This document shows, one piece after another, positions 39,967 to 49,887 of a stretch of 64,000 nucleotides of DNA. Origin of the DNA: Neisseriaceae bacterium (GTDB lineage: Bacteria > Pseudomonadota > Gammaproteobacteria > Burkholderiales > Neisseriaceae); assembly GCA_016864895.1 (NCBI GenBank), contig CP046107.1:997741-1061740 (forward strand). The letters run 5' to 3'. The first letter of the stretch is position 1; each line of letters opens with the position of its first letter. A model generated the notes under the pieces. That model was given only the letters and a program-made list of their open reading frames with translations, ran no database searches and had not been told where the DNA came from. Position numbers and translations under genes: made by a program.

Positions 39967-41181
39967 ATGAAATTTAATTCCCATTTAAAAATTAGATTTT
40001 TTATTCATTTTACCGAAAAGTTGTTTGAAGGGTTAGTAATCCCTTTTTTTGTTATATATATTTCTGGTTATATTAATCCTACTGTAGTTGGATTATCTTT
40101 GTTGTTGATTACTATTATTTCCACAGTGGCTAGTTTATGGGGGGGATATATATCTGACCTCAAGGGTAGACGGAAAATCACTATTTATTCAGAGCTAGTT
40201 AAAACTGTTGCTCTGTTTTTTATATCTATTGCTATTTTTATACATATTAATTTTTATATAATAATATTATTATACTTAGTAATATGTACTCTAAATTCAG
40301 TAGTTAGTTCAGTGAGTGAGGCTTTTACACTTGATGTTTTAAAACAAGATCAAGCCAAGGATGTGTACAATATACTCTATTGGCTTACCAATCTCGGTAG
40401 GAGTGTAGGGACTATTTCGGGAGTAATCTTATATGATATGTATGGATTTAACTCTCTCACTTTCATTTGTGGTATTTTTTCATTAGTAAGCCTTTTTCTA
40501 GTTATTTCTAAATTACAAGAAACCGTGTTGGTCAAAGCAGACATACAATCAACACCTAATAATTTTATTAATCAATATAAAATTATATTTAAGGATAAAA
40601 AATTGTTATATTTGCTCTTAGCAAACACGCTTCATTTTGGGATATCAATACAACTGACATATTATATAGCGATGAGGCTGTCTATTGAGTTTCCTATGCA
40701 AAAAATTATTGCAGTTGGTACCTATGTAGTAGCCATTACTGGGATTCAGATGTTTGGTATTTTGAGACTCCAAACCAATTTTATGGTTATTTTATTAAGT
40801 CCATGGGTTCAAAGAGCAACTAAGTATATAAATAATTGGCACATATTTATTATTTTTCCTATTTTGGCTTCTATTTGTTTTGCCGTGATGATGGTGAGTA
40901 ACTCCGCATGGATTCTTATGCTATCCATGACTTTCTATACTCTCTCTGAGATGGTGTATTTACCTGTGTTACAGTCGTTATTGGTATATGTGGCAGAAAA
41001 AAATTCTAGAGCTAAATATACTTCAATAAAATCATTAGATTTTCGTTTAGCAATGGTGATAGGGTCAATATTTATCATGATGTCAAAATTTTTCCCATCT
41101 TATGTTTTGGCTTATGTAATAATCATTATGGGATTAATGGTTACCTACTTTTCATTAAAATTAATTCAAAAAATAAACTAA
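39967..41181 (+). CDS. MFS transporter
   Basis: 404 aa, about 12 TM segments. MFS loop motif DLKGRRK between TM2 and TM3. Confidence 0.7.
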   Translation: MKFNSHLKIRFFIHFTEKLFEGLVIPFFVIYISGYINPTVVGLSLLLITIISTVASLWGGYISDLKGRRKITIYSELVKTVALFFISIAIFIHINFYIIILLYLVICTLNSVVSSVSEAFTLDVLKQDQAKDVYNILYWLTNLGRSVGTISGVILYDMYGFNSLTFICGIFSLVSLFLVISKLQETVLVKADIQSTPNNFINQYKIIFKDKKLLYLLLANTLHFGISIQLTYYIAMRLSIEFPMQKIIAVGTYVVAITGIQMFGILRLQTNFMVILLSPWVQRATKYINNWHIFIIFPILASICFAVMMVSNSAWILMLSMTFYTLSEMVYLPVLQSLLVYVAEKNSRAKYTSIKSLDFRLAMVIGSIFIMMSKFFPSYVLAYVIIIMGLMVTYFSLKLIQKIN

Positions 41182-41184
41182 ATT

Positions 41185-41740
41185 TTCATCTTAGATTTTA
41201 ATATTGAGGGGTGTAATTCTCAGCATTTGTAATATTTTAGGTAAATATTCTTGTAGTATCTAGTATCAGTCAGCCGTTAAAATAATTTAATCTATATTTT
41301 TCTCAAGATTGTCACCATGAGTACCATTATCTTTTGCGGATTTAAACATGTTACCTACCTGCAAATTATTAGCGTACATAATGACGTAGTTTTTACTAAT
41401 CTGAGTAGAGATTTAAAGCTTTTTTTAACCCTTTTTTCTTAAACTTAGAAAAATAGAATCTTTGACAAATAAATTCTGTAAATAGATTCCTAAATTTTTT
41501 GAGATTTATCGTCATGTTTTACGATTGAAATTTCTAAATTCTAACTCATCTTCCATTGTTGTAAGTTGAACATTTTGCTACATCTGAATTTGAAACTGTT
41601 ATTAAAACCCATTGTTATATTACCAAATAGTAGTTTTAATTGTCTTACTCTTTCAATATTAATATTGCTCAGTAATCTCAAAATATGAGTACAACGACAA
41701 AGTGAAAACGTAGATACCATTGTCAAAATGTTATTTATGG
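41185..41740 (-). pseudogene. Heavily decayed tnpB copy (same family as 3865-5091)
   Basis: Minus-strand fragments align to the intact TnpB. FKFRCSKMFNLQQWKMS matches FKFCYSKISSLLPKWKDE. LKNLGIYLQNLFVKDSIFLSLRKKG matches LKDLEASFRNFFAKRSSFPKFKKKG. YANNLQVGNMFKSAKDNGTHG matches YVEDLQVGHISKSAKGDTTHPG. Stops and deletions are present. Confidence 0.6.
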
Positions 41741-42024
41741 ATTTTTTAATTCTCTACTATCTGATTGATTCCATAACGACAAGTTTAGATTCGGAACTGT
41801 ATCACCTATTGGTTGGGGGTAATCACTGGAGCATAAAAATATTTGACCCATATTTGACATTTGAACGAACCACTGTTCTATATCTAACTTGAGTCACAAC
41901 TAGATTTTTAATTATGCATAAATTAATTTATTCAAAAACAAAAATAATCATGGTAACACCATCATACACAGTGACACTAATATTTAATATTTTTAACCGA
42001 ATCTGCTTATTTAATTCGATTTTT

Positions 42025-43212
42025 TCACAAGGTCATATAATAATTTGCCTTGTGAATGTAAATTATAAAACCCACTGTACAGAATAACGCTAATAAAATA
42101 GCAACACTATGTGGATTATGGGTAGATATTTTCCCTATAAGTGAGGCACTTAGCGCGGCACTCCCTAATTGTAAACTGCCCATAACACCGGCTGCTGCTC
42201 CAGCCGCTTGGTGGTGAGATGAAATTGCTAATGCAGTTCCTAATGGCAACAGAAAACCATTGCCGAAAGTGAGAATAGAAATGGTTATTAAGCTCGTTAC
42301 AAGTGGCCATGGACTTATATATGTTTGTAGAGTAAATAAAATGGATCCTATAACAACAATAATATATCCGCGTCGGATAGTGTATTCCATAGGTTCCCGT
42401 TCAATCAATCTTCTCGCTACTAAGTTTCCCAAGACATAAGTTAGAGAAACGCCAATGTAACTATAGCCAATATATGAATGTGATAAACCCAGAGTTGTAA
42501 GAAAAAAAGGTGATTCCACGATGTAAGCAAAGTAAGTTGCATAGGCAAAACATGGTATCAACGCATAAAAGATAAACCGTTTATTTCTAATGACTTCTAA
42601 ACTGTTCTTAATAATTCCTGTAGGAGTGAAAGATTGTCGTTGTGGAGGAGAAAGAGTCTCTGTTAATACAAAACAGCACAGTATAATGGTAAAAAATATA
42701 AAAAGGCTTAAAAATATAAATGTAGACTGCCAATTAAAAACTTGTAATAAAAATCCCCCAATTAATGGAGCAATTGCTGGTGATGTGCCTACAAAGGGGA
42801 AAATAACTAAATAAATCTTTCCTGCTTGTTCTTTATCCATTAAATCATTAATAACAGCACGACTTATAACAATACCAGCACAAGCTCCAAGACCTTGTAA
42901 AAAACGTAGTATAAAAAAAGCTTCAATATTAACTGTATAAATGATACCTACTGTAGAAAAAAGCCATAAAAGCAAGCCAAATAAAAGTGTTTTTTTACGC
43001 CCAAAATTATCACTGAGTGGTCCATAAATCAGTTGCCCAACAGCCAATGCAATTAAAAAAATAGCTATCGCATTTTGAATCTGACTTTCCGTTACTTGAT
43101 AGTATTGACGCATATCCTCAAGTGCTGGTAAAAAAATATCAGTAGAAATCAAACCCCCAACTGATAAACATATAATAAATAGTACAAATAATGACGTTGG
43201 TTTATAAAGCAT
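42025..43212 (-). CDS. Bcr/CflA-subfamily MFS drug efflux transporter
   Basis: 395 aa. Signature LPALEDMRQYYQVTESQIQNAIAIFLIALAVGQLIYGPLSDNFGRKK. Confidence 0.8.
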   Translation of the reverse strand: MLYKPTSLFVLFIICLSVGGLISTDIFLPALEDMRQYYQVTESQIQNAIAIFLIALAVGQLIYGPLSDNFGRKKTLLFGLLLWLFSTVGIIYTVNIEAFFILRFLQGLGACAGIVISRAVINDLMDKEQAGKIYLVIFPFVGTSPAIAPLIGGFLLQVFNWQSTFIFLSLFIFFTIILCCFVLTETLSPPQRQSFTPTGIIKNSLEVIRNKRFIFYALIPCFAYATYFAYIVESPFFLTTLGLSHSYIGYSYIGVSLTYVLGNLVARRLIEREPMEYTIRRGYIIVVIGSILFTLQTYISPWPLVTSLITISILTFGNGFLLPLGTALAISSHHQAAGAAAGVMGSLQLGSAALSASLIGKISTHNPHSVAILLALFCTVGFIIYIHKANYYMTL

Positions 43213-43443
43213 AGATTCAAATAACCCTAAAGTTTATTTTTGGAAAATCCTTACAGAAAAATAAAAAATTAAAATTATATTTTTTAAGATATTCAAAGTG
43301 TCCCTAAATAAAAATTAGGGCATTTATACTTTAACTTATTAGAGATTTTGGATAATATTGAATAGGATAGGATATGTCAATCTATCTATAAATAAAATAT
43401 TTGGCAGTCACAGTATTGGGATTTAATGGGAATATTCCTCAAA

Positions 43444-43472
43444 CAAAAAAAAGTGACGATTTTCAATCGCCA
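43444..43472 (-). terminator. Orphan intrinsic terminator (minus strand)
   Basis: The minus strand reads GTGGCGATT-GAA-AATCGTCAC followed by T8. No annotated minus-strand gene ends here. Confidence 0.45.
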
Positions 43473-43877
43473 CATTCCAGTTAAGAGTAAAAGTGGAATC
43501 TGGTGATATATCATTTTTTTTAATCTATGAATTCTGTTTGTAATAGATGGTTATTGGTAATGAATATTTTGTTATGATGTTGTAGGCAGATAATATATCT
43601 TCAGGCTAGGCATAGCAGGAGTAAAATATGATTCAATAAATAAAATATGGTCGTGTAATTATCAACCATCAGGAGAAATGCCATTTGTGGTAGGTTCTGT
43701 TCTTGAACACATCTGTCAGAGAGCATTCTGAACTGAACATAGTTTTTTAACATATTGCTCTTATTTTAAACATTGTAGTTACTCCTATTTTTTTTCTTCA
43801 ATTAACTACATTTTCATAATGGTCTGTTTTAAGCCAATACAGATAATTATCATCTTTGCTGTAAGCCCCCCCCCTTT

Positions 43878-44575
43878 TTCAATTTAAATTAATACCTAAA
43901 TGGTGAATATATATGGTGAATATATTCACAAAATGAAGCTGTTCTCGTTTTGTATTTAATCATGTTTTAGATTAGCAGAATAAACAACCATGGGGGCTGA
44001 TAGCAAAATAGTGGACTTGCTACCCAAATGGAAAATTCAAGTAGCTTAAATATTGCCATAGTCAAGTGTTACAACAATCCTTAAAATATTTAGAAGCCTA
44101 TTTTCGGAACTTCTTTACCAAACGTTCTATTTTTCCTAAGCCTAAGAAGAAAGGATTGAAAGAAAGTTCTAGATTTCCAAAATGTATTTAATCAAAATAG
44201 GTTGGGTAAGATACTGTAATAGTCGAAAAACGTTACCATCAGTCACAAATGTGAAAAGTGTTATGTTGTTATACAAACAGAATATGAAGTGGGTATAGAT
44301 ACGGGTATTGACTAGTTTTTGAGCTTAAGTAACTGTCAAAACAGCACAACATCAGCTAGTTAAACCACAATTGAGCCATAAGACTTAGTTGCGTCACAAC
44401 TGGAAAAAAGCAAAAAATAAAGTATCACACTTATACTTGAGAATAGGCAATATTAGACCTAATTACCTTTATCAAAATTCCTACTCAAATTAGTAAAGAT
44501 TAGACCATTGGTGTATGTAGAAGATCTTTGGGTAAGTAACATGTCTAAGCTTACAAAGGGGGGGGAGAGTAAATA
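43878..44575 (+). pseudogene. Decayed, 3'-truncated tnpB copy
   Basis: Clear nucleotide similarity to 3890-4700 with internal deletions and stops (for example TGCCATAGTCAAGTGTTACAACAATCCTTAAAA). It lacks the zinc ribbon, RuvC-III and the right end. Confidence 0.8.
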
Positions 44576-45423
44576 TTGGTGAAGTTTATGGATGAATTGC
44601 AAGGTACGCGAGCTTATGGACTCCAAAATATTCTGAATAGATCTATGGCATTTTTCAGAACATATATCTTAATAATAATATTTTTACCTAGTGTATTGTG
44701 TTATTGATTAATATTAATCAATGTCATTTAGCTATATATCAACTATAAGAGGGTTTCTTTGGAGAGTCATAGCGGGTTATTTTAAAACGGCTATTTGGCA
44801 AAAAGAAGTTAAGTCATCGATAGAATAGTCAGAGTATTTTAAGAAAAAACTACAGGTATGAGAATTCTTTTATGGTTGGGAAGCTTTTGGCTATTATACG
44901 ACACGACAATATGAATACTAAATGTTGCCTCATAGCTTATTTTGATATTGACGTTATCGAATGATGAATGAAATTAGTTATTTTCAATTCGGTATTTGTT
45001 TATTGGTGAGATACCACCTCAAGATACTTAACCATGTACAGTGATGCTTATTCCATGAAATTAATAAGAAAAAGAAAGCTATCTAGGGAGACTATTTCTG
45101 AATACTATTTACTCATTCAAGGAGAGGTTGCCCACAGTCTACGCCACCAGAAAATGATATAACAGAGTTGATGTCTATGAAATTTTCTGATAAGTTGGTT
45201 ATCCCCCTCTATATGGTGGTAGAGATAGTATTAAAATACTGGATAGGGGCATTAGATTGGGAAATACTCTTTATTAACCCACGAATAAGGATACCTAAGA
45301 TTGATAAAAATTATCCTTAATTACTTACATTAACATTTAAAAATCCATACAGATGGATTATTACGATTTCACCAAAACCCATAGGGTATGTTGAGGAGAC
45401 ATTTTGGAAAGAGGATTAAAAAA

Positions 45424-45993
45424 ATGAGTAATGAAAGAAAAACTTTAATGCTAAAAAGACCCAGAGTAACAGATTCTTCTGGTGTCAGACGTAGGAAAAA
45501 TACTAAAGTTGAGGTTGTTGTCAAGAAAACACAAAAAAATCCTTTTCAGAAGCAAGCCAAAAAGGTAAAAGTAAAGGAACAAACACCAGTATCTAAAGAG
45601 CTGAAAAAACCTAGAGTACAAACACCTCCTCAAAAGAAAAAAGGTCCATCTCACCCCCTTCCCAAAATTCGGATGCCAGTATCAGAAGCGACTGAGAATT
45701 TACAGACATATTGGCCTGATATATTTTCACAGGGCAAAGTTAAACCATTACAGGTAGGTATTTTGAATCATTTGAAAGCAGATGCTAAGAATAGAAATCT
45801 ACCGTTATCAGGTAGGATGATCAAACGTTGTCTGTCGAGTTTAACCTATACAGTTGAGTATCGATTGAGTATTCAATCCGGACAAGCTAGATACGATAAA
45901 GATGGCCAGATATGTGCCCGTATTGATGAAGTTGATGAACTTGACTCAAAAAAAACGCCTATTGAGGATGATGAAGCAGCAAAGAACTATTAA
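45424..45993 (+). CDS. FinO/ProQ-family RNA chaperone with FinO-like architecture (basic N-terminal arm + FinO domain)
   Basis: 189 aa from ATG 45424 (RBS AAGAGGA). The N-terminus RKTLMLKRPR and the Lys-rich arm resemble F-plasmid FinO. Domain blocks LQTYWPDIF...PLQVGI, NLPLSGRMIKRCL and GQARYDKDGQ. Confidence 0.75.
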   Translation: MSNERKTLMLKRPRVTDSSGVRRRKNTKVEVVVKKTQKNPFQKQAKKVKVKEQTPVSKELKKPRVQTPPQKKKGPSHPLPKIRMPVSEATENLQTYWPDIFSQGKVKPLQVGILNHLKADAKNRNLPLSGRMIKRCLSSLTYTVEYRLSIQSGQARYDKDGQICARIDEVDELDSKKTPIEDDEAAKNY

Positions 45994-46269
45994 TCCTTTT
46001 GTTACAAGTTTTATGGAGTTGTAAAAAATAGACTACAGGTTGGTGTTGCTAGATATTTTAGACAGTCACTTAACCAATTGAGTTTGGAACAAAGGAAATT
46101 TTCTAGAAAAAGACTGGAATCTAAATGATGGAGATAAACAAAGATTATCGGTCATACATGATAAAAGGCTTTCTAATTAGTGTAATGACTTTTTACAAAA
46201 CTTTTGAACTAACTTAGTTTATTTACAATAAAATAGTTGTTTCACCTTTGAGGAATTATTAAGGAATGA

Positions 46270-46680
46270 TACAAAGTAAACGATCGTCTTATCATGGGGG
46301 ATCATGGTTGACGTGAATTTATTACTTATTTGGAATATGGGTGTAAAGGATTAAGACAAGATATGATCAATATCAATGTTTCATACCCAGTTATATACCG
46401 CTCGGTATAAGACACTACATCCCGAATGTGTTGTTTCATTGCGATAGAGGTATGAATACAATACATAGTCTTGAATGTGTCTTATGACGTAGGTGCTACC
46501 AAATCGTGTTGTAAAAAATTTCCTTGTTACTGAACTCTTGATCTTGTAGTGTGACTGTGTAAGGTAGATTATCGGTCGTATGAAGCTCTCACTATCATAG
46601 CTCTTCCTTAGAAAGGAGTAGTTCACAAATACAATAATCTTATACTACTTCATACCTGGGTTGCTATGTAGACAAGGCGC
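46270..46680 (+). pseudogene. IS3-family transposase (rve/integrase core) remnant
   Basis: Frame-hopping fragments. RHYIPNVLFHCDRGMNTIHS resembles ..HSDRGSQYTS. PNRVVKNFLVTELLIL resembles DNAVAENFF.TLKTELI. Several stops. Confidence 0.45.
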
Positions 46681-46682
46681 AA

Positions 46683-47336
46683 CTACGCAATGGTAAATGT
46701 AGCTTTTAACAGACCCTTTTCCAAGTTTAGTTCCAAAATATCATTAGAGTGTAGCTGTCCTACCCCTTTGGGAGTCCCAGTATAGATAATATCACCCTTT
46801 TTTAGTCCATAAATTTTATGTATTGATTGGATGATGGTGGGAATGGAATAGATCATGTGACATGATTCTCCAACTTGAACTGTTTTTTGGTTAAGAGATA
46901 ATTCAAAATAAATGTTGTTAGGATTAGATATTTTCTCGGGACTAATAAATTTAGAAATTAGTGCTGACTGTTTAAATCCTTTACTTTTAAGCCATGGCAA
47001 CCCTTTTTCTATTTCAATTTTTTGTATATCACGTGCAGTCATATCAATTCCCAATGCATAGCCGGCAATATATTTTAAAGGGTTTTTAATTGGCGCTTCT
47101 AATATATCCTCCCCAATTAAAATGACGATTTCACATTCATAATGAATATTGTTAGAAAAACTAGGTAGCTGTACAGGTATCTCTTCGAAGTGGATAGAAG
47201 TATTGGGTTTGGTAAACACCACTATCTCATCATCTGGTGTGTGATTAAGTTCTTTAATGTGCTCAGAGTAATTCCTACCAATACAGTAAATATTTTCTAA
47301 ATGGTATCTTTTTTGATTACAAATAATCTCGGACAT
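46683..47336 (-). CDS. Fumarylacetoacetate hydrolase (FAH) family protein
   Basis: 217 aa from MSEIICNQKRYHLENIYCIGRNYSEHIKE. FAH blocks HYECEIVILIG, DMTARD and GDIIYTGTPKGVG. Confidence 0.8.
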   Translation of the reverse strand: MSEIICNQKRYHLENIYCIGRNYSEHIKELNHTPDDEIVVFTKPNTSIHFEEIPVQLPSFSNNIHYECEIVILIGEDILEAPIKNPLKYIAGYALGIDMTARDIQKIEIEKGLPWLKSKGFKQSALISKFISPEKISNPNNIYFELSLNQKTVQVGESCHMIYSIPTIIQSIHKIYGLKKGDIIYTGTPKGVGQLHSNDILELNLEKGLLKATFTIA

Positions 47337-47979
47337 GATATTTCCTTTGTTCAAGCCTAATACTGAGTTTATATTATATGTTGTTTTTTTAATGGTGTTC
47401 AAGACTGGGTTGTTTTAACAGCAACGGGAATTGATAAATCAAAGTATTAGTCAAATATGAGCACAGGAAAATTTTAAGTAAAGATAAGATAGTACATACA
47501 CTATTTGAGTCATAGCCCTTCAAGTTGAACAAGGGGATCTTAATTGTCTAAGATACTAGTAGTAAAGTCAGTTTATTTCCTACTCTTGATACTTATTTTG
47601 AATTTTAGATAGGGACATATATCCTTCGCTAGGATAGGCTTTTACAAGTATTCCTTATTCTGTGTTGGTGTTTTAAATTACCGATTTTTACAGCAGGTAA
47701 AATTAGATTGAATAAATTAAATAAAGCTGTTTTACAAAAATATTTTGTGGCTATGATTAAGTATTGATTGAGGACTTTAGAAAATATTGATACTGCTTCT
47801 TGTTGGAGGATTGACAAAATGTCTTAAGTTAGTAATCAATTGTTATATATAGAGAAAGTAACTTATGAAAAAAAGTGGGAAAAATACTGTTTGGAAAAAG
47901 TTAAACTTGACCAGAACCGCTATATGATGATATCAAGCATTCGGTAAAATAGTGTTAGAGTATAAGCCGTGGGTTCTAA

Positions 47980-49167
47980 TTATAGTAGATCTGTGAGAGC
48001 GCAGACTAGATTGTCTATCATTTCATTGGTATGGTAGGGGGTTGGTGCAAATCTCAACCTTTCTGTGCCGATTGGTACAGTTGGGTAGTTGATTGCTTGA
48101 GCATAGATGCCATAATTGGTTAATAATTGGTCACTAATTGATCTTGCTTGTTCGGCATTTCCAATGAGAACAGGCACGATATGTGTTGTACTAGGCATGA
48201 TCTTTATCTCGGCTATTTTTAATTTATTTTTTAAAAGATTTGTACGTTCTTGGTGCTGTATTCTTAATTCAGGATGTTTTCTTAAATATTTTATAGCAGA
48301 AAGTGCCCCAGCACAGATAATGGGACTTAGGCTAGTGGTAAATATAAATCCAGAAGCAATAGAGCGAATGGCATCAATGACTGTGGTATCGGCAGCAATG
48401 TAACCCCCTTGTACACCAAAGGCTTTACCTAGTGTTCCATTGATAATATCTACACGATTTTGTAAGCCTAACTCTTCAAGTTTTCCTGCGCCCTCTTTCC
48501 CATATAAGCCAACTGAATGTACCTCATCAATATAAGTTATGGCCTCATATGCATCAGCTAAATCACAAATCTCCTGAATCGGGCTAATATCTCCATCCAT
48601 AGAATAAATAGATTCAAAAAGAATACATGGGATTTCATTATTGGATTTTACTGTTTGTAAGATTGTTTTTAACCCTTTTAAATCATTGTGTTCAAAGATA
48701 GTCTTAGGTTTCCTGCTATGACTAATACCGACAATGATACTGTTATGATTATTCTGATCACTAATAAAATGAATATTAGGAATAATTTTACCTAAGGCAA
48801 TAAGAGTCCATTCATTGGCAACATAGGCACTCGAGTATAGCAAGGCAGATGGCTTTTTATGTAGACTGGCCAGTTCGTGCTCAAGAATGATATGATAGTG
48901 AGTGGTTCCACTGATATTCCTAGTTCCTCCAGCACCAGCTCCTGTTTTGTCTAAAGCAGTACGCATAGCATCTAATACGATTTTATTTTGCCCCATACCA
49001 AGGTAATCATTAGAGCACCAGTTCACAATTGTTTTAACACCATAGTCGCCATACCATAAGGCATAAGGAAATTGTCCGTTCTCACGTGAGATATCATTAA
49101 AAATTCTATATTTCCCGGTTTCTTTTAGGTCACGAATAGTGTTTTCAAAAGGTGTTATATCCATCAT
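47980..49167 (-). CDS. hemA: 5-aminolevulinate synthase (ALAS, Shemin/C4 pathway; alpha-oxoamine synthase family)
   Basis: 395 aa, collinear with Rhodobacter Hem[57 protein letters not shown]-Lys context [23 protein letters not shown]. Confidence 0.88.
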   Translation of the reverse strand: MMDITPFENTIRDLKETGKYRIFNDISRENGQFPYALWYGDYGVKTIVNWCSNDYLGMGQNKIVLDAMRTALDKTGAGAGGTRNISGTTHYHIILEHELASLHKKPSALLYSSAYVANEWTLIALGKIIPNIHFISDQNNHNSIIVGISHSRKPKTIFEHNDLKGLKTILQTVKSNNEIPCILFESIYSMDGDISPIQEICDLADAYEAITYIDEVHSVGLYGKEGAGKLEELGLQNRVDIINGTLGKAFGVQGGYIAADTTVIDAIRSIASGFIFTTSLSPIICAGALSAIKYLRKHPELRIQHQERTNLLKNKLKIAEIKIMPSTTHIVPVLIGNAEQARSISDQLLTNYGIYAQAINYPTVPIGTERLRFAPTPYHTNEMIDNLVCALTDLL

Positions 49168-49887
49168 TTTTTATCTCCAATGCGTGTAAGATTACAATTT
49201 TTAAAATTAGTTGAATAGTAGAATGTTTGATCTTCTCCTGTTTTGATTATCTTTTCGATGTTTATATACCACTAATGACATCAAACTTCCAAGTTTGAGA
49301 TGACTAATGTCTGCTTGTTACAGTTCTTAATTAGGAACAGTTTGGTTGATTATCACTAGTGACTGTTGCATATGATTGATTGTATTTTTTTTTATATCTT
49401 ATTGTTTACGTAGAGAAAATATCTATTGATAACAATATACTGTCTAATTATTAGTAGTTTGAACAGGAGAATATGTATGTGAATATTTGTTGTTGATTGA
49501 AATCCGTAAAAATAACAGGGATATTGGAAAAAAGTAATAGTGATAAAGCCTAGGATTTCTGTAGTGAGTATGCAGTTTGATTAATATGTTTTTGAATTGT
49601 TATAGCAGCAAAGATACTAGGAAACAACGTTATTGATTAAGATGAACAGCATATGATTAGTTATTATTGTATATTCTTTAATAGTGTGGCCGCTATTGCC
49701 TAAGGGCATAAATCAATAACTCCCAGAGGAGGAGATTTTCTCATTTGTGCTTTAAGTTTATTAATTTTTATTAATTGATATGTTCAATGTAGGTTACCAA
49801 GCACTATCGTAATTCTGCGCGTTAGTATTGTTACTAGAACATTGTTTTCACAAGAGAATAAATAAGTAAAATACATATTGATCTTCA

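Noticed and set aside
41541-41726. 61-aa minus-strand ORF listed in the track.
   Set aside because: It lies within the decayed tnpB copy and is an out-of-frame reading of that remnant, not an independent gene.
46000-46380. Possible structured ncRNA (6S, SRP, tmRNA, RNase P) in the non-coding DNA downstream of the FinO-like gene.
   Set aside because: None of the conserved sequence signatures of these RNAs is present. Part of the interval is better explained as the 5' portion of the IS3-type remnant.
46381-46626. 81-aa minus-strand ORF listed in the track.
   Set aside because: It is antisense to the IS3-type transposase remnant, has an implausible composition, and lacks an RBS and any homology.
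47629-47817. 62-aa minus-strand ORF in the FAH-ALAS intergenic region.
   Set aside because: It has no RBS or homology and shows AT-rich codon noise. It is kept as non-coding.
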